From: Eledone cirrhosa
Lineage: Eukaryota
Direction of reading: 5' to 3'
Length of the DNA stretch: 64,000 nt
NCBI GenBank assembly: GCA_964016885.1
Contig: OZ024745.1
Coordinates: 28,024,001 to 28,088,000, forward strand
Shown piece after piece: positions 55,288 to 64,000 of this stretch (the first letter of the stretch is position 1; each line of letters opens with the position of its first letter). The translations under genes were made by a program, and so were the position numbers. The notes under the pieces are model-generated. The model was given only the letters and a program-made list of their open reading frames with translations. It was not told the DNA's origin and did not search any database.

Positions 55288-56182
55288 CGAGGTGTGTCAG
55301 AAAAGTTCCAGGACTGATGTCACAAAAGATTTATTTCAAACCCAAACTTCACACGAAGAGTTTTCTCCTTCAAAGTAATCCCCCTGGAGTCTAATGCACT
55401 TTTCCATCCTTTTCTGCCACGCTTGCATGCACTCCTGGAAGGATTCTTCCGGGATCCTCCGCAGTTCCGTCGTCACGGCCTTTTTGATGTCGTCCACGTC
55501 TTCAAAACGGGTCCCCTCCGAGTCGTACTCGAAGATCCATGACTCATCACCGGTGATGACTGTCCCTAGCAAGTCTGGTTCGGTTTCAAGACGCTCGAGG
55601 ATGTCCTGGCACACTTGCATGCGTCGACCCTTCTGGTCATCGTTCAGCAGTTTTGACACCATCTTCGCGCAGAATTTTCGCATGTCCAAATCTTCAGTGA
55701 AAATCTTCCAGACGCTGTCCCGATTCATGCCCAGCTCATTTTCCATCAGTGGAACAGTCAATAGACGATCGCTACGCACCATCTGCCTGACGCGCTCAAC
55801 GTTGACCTCAGTTCTGGTTGTTGAGAGCCTTCCGCTCCTGAGGTCATCTTTAAACCTCTTGCACCACTCAAAAACACGTGAGCGTGACATCGTCTCATCT
55901 CCATACAATTGCTGTAGCAATCCCAGTGCTTCTGACTGAGTTTTCCCCAACCGTATCAGAAACTCAAGTTTGTTCGTTGCTCTGTGCTCATTGCTTGACG
56001 ACCTGAAACAGAGGACATGCATATAAAATTATGAAGAAAAAAGTTTGATCGCTGCAGAGAGCTAAGATTACAGTTACATACTCCAGTGTGGTTACTTTGA
56101 AGGAGAAAACTCTTAGTGTGAAGTTTGGGTTTGAAATAAATCTTTTGTGACATCAGTCCTAGAACTTTTCTGACACACCTCG
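55288..56182 (-). mobile_element. Internally deleted mariner (Tc1/mariner) transposon with ~100-bp TIRs and TA target duplication
   Basis: TA-cgaggtgtgtcagaaaagtt...aacttttctgacacacctcg-TA; ORF 55336-56022 with HTH, ITGDESWI and GDYFEG. Confidence 0.92.
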
Positions 56183-56415
56183 TATATGTGTGCGTATGTG
56201 TGTATATATATATATACAAATATATAAAAATATAGAGTGATATATGTATATATGTGTGTGTGTGTGTGTGTACATGTGTGTGTGCTAAACGCCCACTAAT
56301 GTCATAAACAGGTGAAACTCCAGAGTAACAAGATTCACTATTTAGCCTTGATAAAATGAATGCTAAATCTCTACTTTGGTATTGAAAACTTTTTCTCTCA
56401 GTCGTCAACCACATG

Positions 56416-57085
<670 letters not shown>

Positions 57086-58442
57086 CACACACATACACAC
57101 ACACACATACACACATATGGTGTGTGTATACATTAATCCATTATAGTCATTATATGTTCATAGCTTCAACTCCTGAGACATTGTAATACAGAAATAATAG
57201 CTGTCAGGAAATATGCACGTTTCCATTTCTAATCATGACATTCTTCTCTCTTAAGATATCAAAGAAAGAATGTTGAGAAAGCGTGTCTCTAAAATCGAAA
57301 TCTATTAGATTGATATGTAAGAAACGTGTGTTTTTAGATGAAGGTTTGACATAATTCTGATAAAGTGACGTAGTAGTTATATGAAAGGAAAAGGAAATGG
57401 AATAAATGATTCATCATAAGCAATGAAAGTAATAAGTAAAGAAAAGTTACATGATGTGAAATAAACATCAATTAAAATCTATAATAATGAAAAGTATATG
57501 GAGTTGACAAGCCTTTTTAAATTGATTATTCCTTTTAAAGGCAAACGGGGCCAGATAGGTCAATCAATCAAAACTAGTTTTATTTAGAATTTAATATCGA
57601 ATGGAAAACATGAGTGTTATGACCTTCAGTTATTCCAGTAGAGGAGAAATTGGTGAACAGATAATAAAATATGAAACAAAGAGACAGGGTTAAAGATGAA
57701 ATGATGGAAATGTTGATATGAAAATATAGAGAAATGTAATTAGATTACAAATATTGGTAAATCTTATAAAAGGCTGACACAGAAATATAAAACTGAAAAA
57801 AAGATTTGAATTTTATATCTCTGTTTTGTTTCTTATTTTTAAAGTGCTTCTTATGCCTTATTCTACTTTTCTGTCAATTATTTTTCATACCTGCTTTCCC
57901 CTTCTTCCATTTATTTTTTATTTTCTTCATTCTTGTCTACTTTTCTTTTAAACAAAAAATAGCTAAACCGTGTACATATTTGTAAGTGTAAATCCTCGAT
58001 GTAGTGTAACACATGATCTAACCTCAATACTCTTAAGATATTTATATAAATATAACATATTTCTTATGTTGCTTACACAAATGAACAACAAGAGAATTAT
58101 GGAATCCGTAAATGCTTTTACAATAAAAGAAGAATTAAAACACGCACAAGATATTACCAAATATACAATACACTTCCAGTCAAAGTTAGTCTATGAGACA
58201 AAATTTAAATTTGGTGTTTCGTGCATCAAGATCTTAGTCGTTTCATCTGCACCGAAATGGATTGTACTTAATGTATATTTAATAGTTAAAATCAACTTAA
58301 ACACGCATTGGTTCAAGAAATTATTCCATGAAATAAATTAAGAGACGGAAATTATTAAACTGTTATGAATACACTTATGTAGATTGTGAATTCAAAACCG
58401 GCGTAAGTACATTCTTCTGTATGTATATATGTATGTATGTAT

Positions 58443-58853
58443 GTCAGGTCACCAGTTGGTGCTACTGGTAACATGTATCCCAGTACAACTTGTCTCATGG
58501 TCGGGTCGTTGGCGACTAAACTGGCAACTCCACCAAGGTTTCTTGGTGAGGAGGGTGACTTTGGACATCCTGCAGGACTAAAAACAAAACCTGTCAAAAG
58601 GCAAAGGAGCTCTTAAGAGTCAATGGCCATCCAAAATCACCGGGAGAGATGACTCCTTAGCCTTTGTCAAGGCAGAATTCTAGGAGAAGGAAAACTCTGA
58701 TATAACACCTGCAACCCTGATGGTATCCAATGATGTTGAGTTGTTCTTCTTTTTGGTAAATATCATCTTGGTTAAGAGAGTTGGACTGGCTTTTGCAGTG
58801 CCTTACATGGATATAAAGTAGTGGCCGTACTCGAAAACGAGTTGGCAGCCACC
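58443..58853 (+). mobile_element. Second, shorter copy of the (TATG)n-embedded RTE-derived element
   Basis: Inverted near-identical to 52870-53477 but lacking about 200 bp. Confidence 0.72.
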
Positions 58854-59139
58854 ATGTATGTATGTATGTATGTATGTATGTATGTATGTATGTATGTATG
58901 TACGTATGTGTATGTTGATATGTATGTTTTTTAAAAAATCATTTTTACTCATATATATACATACACACGCGCGCGCAACAATCTCACACACCTCCATACA
59001 TATATGTTTACACACCCACACTATATATACATATGGATGGGCGCTGATTCTCATGCGTTCCTCAACCCATTGTTTAGAACCTCTGGCAAAGTCTTTAATC
59101 TAAGATGTTTTAACACCAAGTCCAAAAGATTTAGCACTC

Positions 59140-59630
59140 TTGTTAGGGAGTTAGTTTCTGTATGCTGATGATGCAGATTTTGTGGCTCACACAGCAAAGG
59201 GCATGCAGTTGACATTGGTCACCTTCTCCAATGTATGCACTGCACTTTGGGCTAAATATTAGCATAGAAAAGACAAAAGTCATGTGCACTCCACCAGTTG
59301 GGGCAGTGTATATGGAGCCAAACATTTTCGTGGGAGGAAAAAGTCTTTAAGTGGTGGACAGCTTTGTGTATCTCGGAAGTACACTTTGTAGAGATGATGC
59401 ACACGTTACTGAAATAAATTACAGAATTACGAAAGCGAGTTTTGCCTTCGGGGAGCTTGAGAAGCGAGTCTGGTTAGATCGGGGTATCACGAGAAACACA
59501 AAGTTGTCTGTGAATGAGGCCTGTGTTCTTACAGCCATGCTATACGGATGCGAAACGTGGACAACTTACAGGCATCACATCAGGCAGTTGGAAAGTTTTC
59601 ATCAGCATTTTATCCGACGCATTCAGAACA
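59140..59630 (+). mobile_element. RTE/BovB-like RT fragment
   Basis: LYADDADFVAHT, KTKVM, VDSFVYLGS, LYGCETWTTY. Confidence 0.8.
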
Positions 59631-59642
59631 GTAATGTCACTT

Positions 59643-59822
59643 TTGGCAGTATCGGTAGAGGGTTGGATGCCATGCTTTGCAGCAGAGTTACGTCCCTTTA
59701 CCGTTTGAGTTCAAATCCCGTCGAGGTTTACTTTGCCTTTGATCCTTACGGGGTCGATAAAATAAAGTACCAATAATACACTGGGTAATTGCTGGCCTTG
59801 TGCCAAAAGTAGAAACAATTAT
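59643..59822 (+). mobile_element. tRNA-derived Nin-domain SINE
   Basis: Close match to the 27458 family. Confidence 0.88.
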
Positions 59823-59854
59823 AAAGTAGAAATAATTATTATGTTAATTATGTC

Positions 59855-59895
<41 letters not shown>

Positions 59896-60104
59896 GGCGA
59901 CCTACGTAGTAAATCGTATCATCGTGAGCTCCGCAAAGGTTTGTTATTTCCGTTTGTTAAAAATTGTTATTTATGGAAAAAGTTTATTGTTAACTGTTTA
60001 TAAGCGCACATACATTGTTTTCCGAAAAGGACACCCAAAAAGATTGGGGCCTTGTGCCCAAAATTTAAACTTTTATTATTATCAAAAAAATTTCTTTGAA
60101 AAAA

Positions 60105-62111
60105 ATGGCTAATTCACCTCTGCACGAAGCAGCTGAAAGCCTTCCTCACAAATTAACACCTTACACCGACACCACCATTGTAAATGTTACTACGTTTGCC
60201 AACACAAAAAAAAATATAAGCACTAGCAATATTTTAAATTTGTCTCAGGCAGACATTCATTTCCCGTCATTACCAATGACTGCAGGTGTTAAAGCCTCCA
60301 CCACCACCACCACCGCGACAACCACCACCACCACCACCACCGCGACAACAGAAACAAAAGAAGAAAAAAATAAATTAACTCGTGATGTCGAAATGAAATC
60401 AAGCAAAATGGACTCTTCCCCACCAAAGACGACTGACGTCACCACCACCACAACTGAAACTAAAATTAATATTAACGATAGCAACAACAACAACAATGAC
60501 ATTATAAAAAACCCCCTCAGTTTCGCCAGAGTAGCAAAACAGTTCGAAGCATTTACGGTAACTCAGGAGGATTTAGAAAATGCCAAACAAATGGTAAAGA
60601 AAGATGGGTACAGGGTCAGCCTCACCCCCCCCCCCCCCCCACCACACACACACACCTAATAAAATGGAGCATCGGCGCCTATGCACCGTGTCGTATAGAA
60701 CAATAAATGTAAAATCGCGCCGAGTGGAACGGGCATCCGAGTCCCAAATCCAAAAAGCTTTGGGACATGTGTGGGCAAGAAAAACCCACATCAGACGTGG
60801 GCAAAAGTATGGAACCGTGGACGTGTTCTTTGAAACACCAGAGGAGGCTAGAGAACACTCCATGGCCCCATTAAGAAGTGACGACTTCCCACTCGTCCCA
60901 AGCTATTGTGGCCAGAGACTCGTAAAGATCAGGGTGACCCACGTTCCACCGGCCATCGAAATTCCCTGGCTAATAGCGGCTGTCCTCGCCGGCATCGAAG
61001 CCAACACGAAAATAATAGCAATAGCAAAAGAAAAGCAGGAGAACTGGTCGGGATCTGGGATGGAGCTCCTGATCCAAGCGGACCAAAAAAGCATTGAGGA
61101 GATCCCAGAGGTAATAGACCTCACTGACGGCAGTCACCTCACGGTAATTGTCGAGGGCAGAAGACCTAGGTGTGTCGTTTGTGGTGAAGGAACCCACCTA
61201 AGGGCTTTCTGCCCTCAGGCTAAAAGGTTGAGGCCACCTCTCCTACCCACCCCAGTGACACAACCATCAACACCACCAGTAGCAGAGATGGCAGCAACAA
61301 CTGTAGCAGCAACAACAGAAGCAACTATAACAGCAACAACCCCAGCAACAGTAGCAAAACCAACACCACCACCACCACCAGCAAAACCAACACCACCACC
61401 ACCCAACGCTTCAGAACTAGCACCAGCGCCTACACCATCCACCACGCCACAACCAAAACTAACGGATGTGGAGGATTTTCCACTCCCCGGCCTATCACAA
61501 CTGGAGACAGATTGTGATGACGAGGAGTGGGAAACGATATCCGGAAAAAAAAAAGAAACCAAAAAAGAAAAAATTCTCTTCCTTCCCCCTCCAAAAACAA
61601 AATACAGAGGGAAACAAATAAATTAAGAAACAAAAAAGTTAGGACAGATATGCCACCATCCACACCAGCATCACCAACCCCATCAACCCAAACACCAACA
61701 CCATCACCATCATTAACCCCAACACCACCATCACCTACACCACAAAAGTCACCAAAATGCGAAACAGAAACAAACCCACAACAAACGCAAACAAAACAAA
61801 ACAACCAAAACGATACACACTACACAGCATTAAATTTGAACAACAACCAATTATTACACTACATCCAACACAACACCAGCATCACAGAAAAAGACTACAC
61901 AACAACCCCAAAATTCACACCACCTCCACACATACAAATCACTCGCATCACACAGAAAACGTACATGACACTAAAACAAAAATTCCCCAAAGACATCGGA
62001 GACTTCCGACAAGCACTCTCCAGGAGGATTTATAAGGACATCCTTCCTGAGGAGGCCACAAGCAGTGAAAAGGATGAAAAAACCGTCCTTCCCCTACGAG
62101 AAGTAAGGTAA
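60105..62111 (+). pseudogene. Tx1 ORF1 (gag-like), broken by two homopolymer frameshifts
   Basis: SFARVA motif, VEGRRPRCVVCGEGTHLRAFC (CCHC), P/T-rich tail; frame changes at the C-run near 60630 and the A-run near 61550. Confidence 0.75.
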
Positions 62112-62145
62112 GTGGTCTTTCCCATCTTTTCCACTCCTTTTCAAC

Positions 62146-64000
62146 ATGACCTCACTCAGAATAGGCAGCATAAATGCGCGTGGCTTGGGGTCGTCATGGA
62201 AGCAGGGCAACCTGCTCAACGACCTCAGGTCACTAAACATAGATGTAGTGGCCATCAGCGAGACCAGAATCTCCGAAGCACAGGCTTTCGCACCGATCTT
62301 CGGCGGCTACGATGTGTACGCATCTCCCAGCCGTCCGGGATCGGGGGGAGGAGTTGCTGTGCTTTTTCGGAGAGGTTTGGATCTTGCCATACGGGCCATC
62401 TTCCTGGACCCAGAAGGTAAGTTGGTGGTGCTGGACGTGACCAGCGGAGACGGTCAAGCTTTCAGGTTAGTGGCCGTCTATGCCCCGACAGGAGCAGGGC
62501 GGCCTGATTTCTTCCGGCGTCTGGAGACCTTTCTTGGAACGTCCCGCTCTTTAGTGTTAGTGGGCGACTGGAACGGGATCTTAGATGCACGCAGGGATTG
62601 TGTGGGATTAGTGGATAGGGAAGGAGGGTGCAAGAGTCTCACCAACCTGCTCAGACGTTTTGAACTGTCTGACAGGTACCGAATGGATTTCCCGAATGTA
62701 CCTATGTGGACTTGGACAAATCGCATAGGGTCATCCAGATCATATCTAGATAGAGTATTTTGTAGGGAAATAGATAGGTCTAGCATAGGCTGTCCACAAT
62801 TCAAGATAGTCAGCTACACGGACCACAAATTCGTGATCTGTGTGCTTGACTTAGATAGGCTTCATAGACGAGGACCCGGCTACTGGAAGCTAAACGCGTC
62901 CTTACCAGCGCGCAAGGCCTACAGAGACCGGATTAGCGAACTAGTTAAGCGGGCGTTGACGGGGGCCATCGTCAATAACAAGTGGTGGTTTGCTCTGAAA
63001 AGAGCAATTAGAATAGAGTCAATTAGGTTTAGTAAGACTTTAGCAATAGAGAAAAATAGAGCAGAGGGAGAATTAGTTAGAAAATTAGATGAGGCGCTTA
63101 GCAAAGGCATCGCGACCGACGTACTTGCGGCGAAATTGGCCCTTGATCAATTCTTCAATGCAAAGCACGAAGGCTAAGTTGTCAGAGCTAGGGTGCGTGC
63201 TCTCAGACACGAGGGTACGAAAGCCGTTCATTGGGCCCGAGTGGTGGAGGCGCGCCGTGGCAACAAAGCCACGATCCGGTCTTTGGTGGACCACGACGGG
63301 CGCATGCTACTCGATCCCCGGCAAATGTGTGAAGCTTTTCAGCGACACTTCGCTCAACTGTTCGGGGGAAGTGGCGGGCCGGATCGAGGGATGGACTTTA
63401 GTGTCTACCTCGACGGACTGCCGCGGCTTTCGGCCACTGAGGCGGAGTGTTGCGAAAAGCCGATAACAACCGCTGAAGTAAGGGAGGCAATGACTAGTTG
63501 CACAAGGGGTAAATCGCCTGGTTTGGATGGTCTGCCCTATGAACTTTACGTACGAATGCCAAACTTGTTCGGAGGCCTCTTGGCGGACGTCTAGTGCAAC
63601 TGGCAACAGAACGGGAGAATTCCCAGCTCTGTGAGCCGAGGAGCGGTGGCGCTGCTGAGAAAGGATCCGAACAAGGGGGATAACATAGATAATTTTAGGC
63701 CCATAACTCTGCTAAACACAGAGTTCAAGATTTTGGCCAAGGTGCTAGCAAAGAGGTTGGCGCTTGTCGTTGGTGGTCTGGTGGGAGAGGCACAGACATG
63801 CGCCATTCCCGACAGATCCATTCACGACAACCTCCACCTCATGCGATACATCGTAGAGAGGGTAGCTAGGGAACCTGGCACGGGTGGGTCTTTGATCAAT
63901 TTAGATCAGTCGAAAGCCTTCGATAGGGTCGACCATCGTTACCTAGCGGCAGTCCTGAGGGCAGCTGGCTTTGGGCCCGTCTTCAGAGGCTGGATCGCTG
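62146..64000 (+). pseudogene. Tx1 ORF2 (APE endonuclease and RT), partial, with two in-frame stops
   Basis: SINARGL, SET, VYAP, GDWN, TDH, GYWKLN, KSPGLDG, FRPITLLN, DQSKAFDRV; stops at 63175 and 63592. Confidence 0.88.

Larger units (their letters stand above)
59896..64000 (+). mobile_element. L1/Tx1-clade LINE, apparently 5'-complete, running off the window
   Basis: Starts right after (TTA)n; ORF1 has a zinc knuckle and is followed by an APE-RT ORF2. Confidence 0.88.

Overview
This is eukaryotic, AT-rich, microsatellite-dense non-genic DNA. The repeat content (Nin-domain tRNA-SINEs, huge (TA)n/(TG)n arrays) suggests a mollusc, probably an octopus; this is inference only. No host gene can be supported. 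The window is a nest of retroelements, most sitting in simple repeats. They include an apparently intact Naiad-clade Penelope-like element (PLE, 41.6-45.9 kb) with a hammerhead ribozyme (HHR) in each pLTR, several truncated PLEs, two R4/Dong RLE-type LINEs in (TAA)n, a full-length but nonsense-inactivated RTE in (TA)n and an L1/Tx1 LINE at the right edge. There are also bipartite RTE-derived elements in (TATG)n, a deleted mariner, Helitron-like elements and about 10 SINEs. The main hidden signal is about 20 type-I hammerhead motifs (some decayed) from roughly ten sequence families, read by eye on both strands. Most lie in small non-coding fold-back (inverted-repeat) elements bordering (TA)n. 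One is a ~593-nt retrozyme-like unit with a compensatory U3:A8 catalytic core. Two independent insertions appear to have folded back exactly at the ribozyme's stem II.
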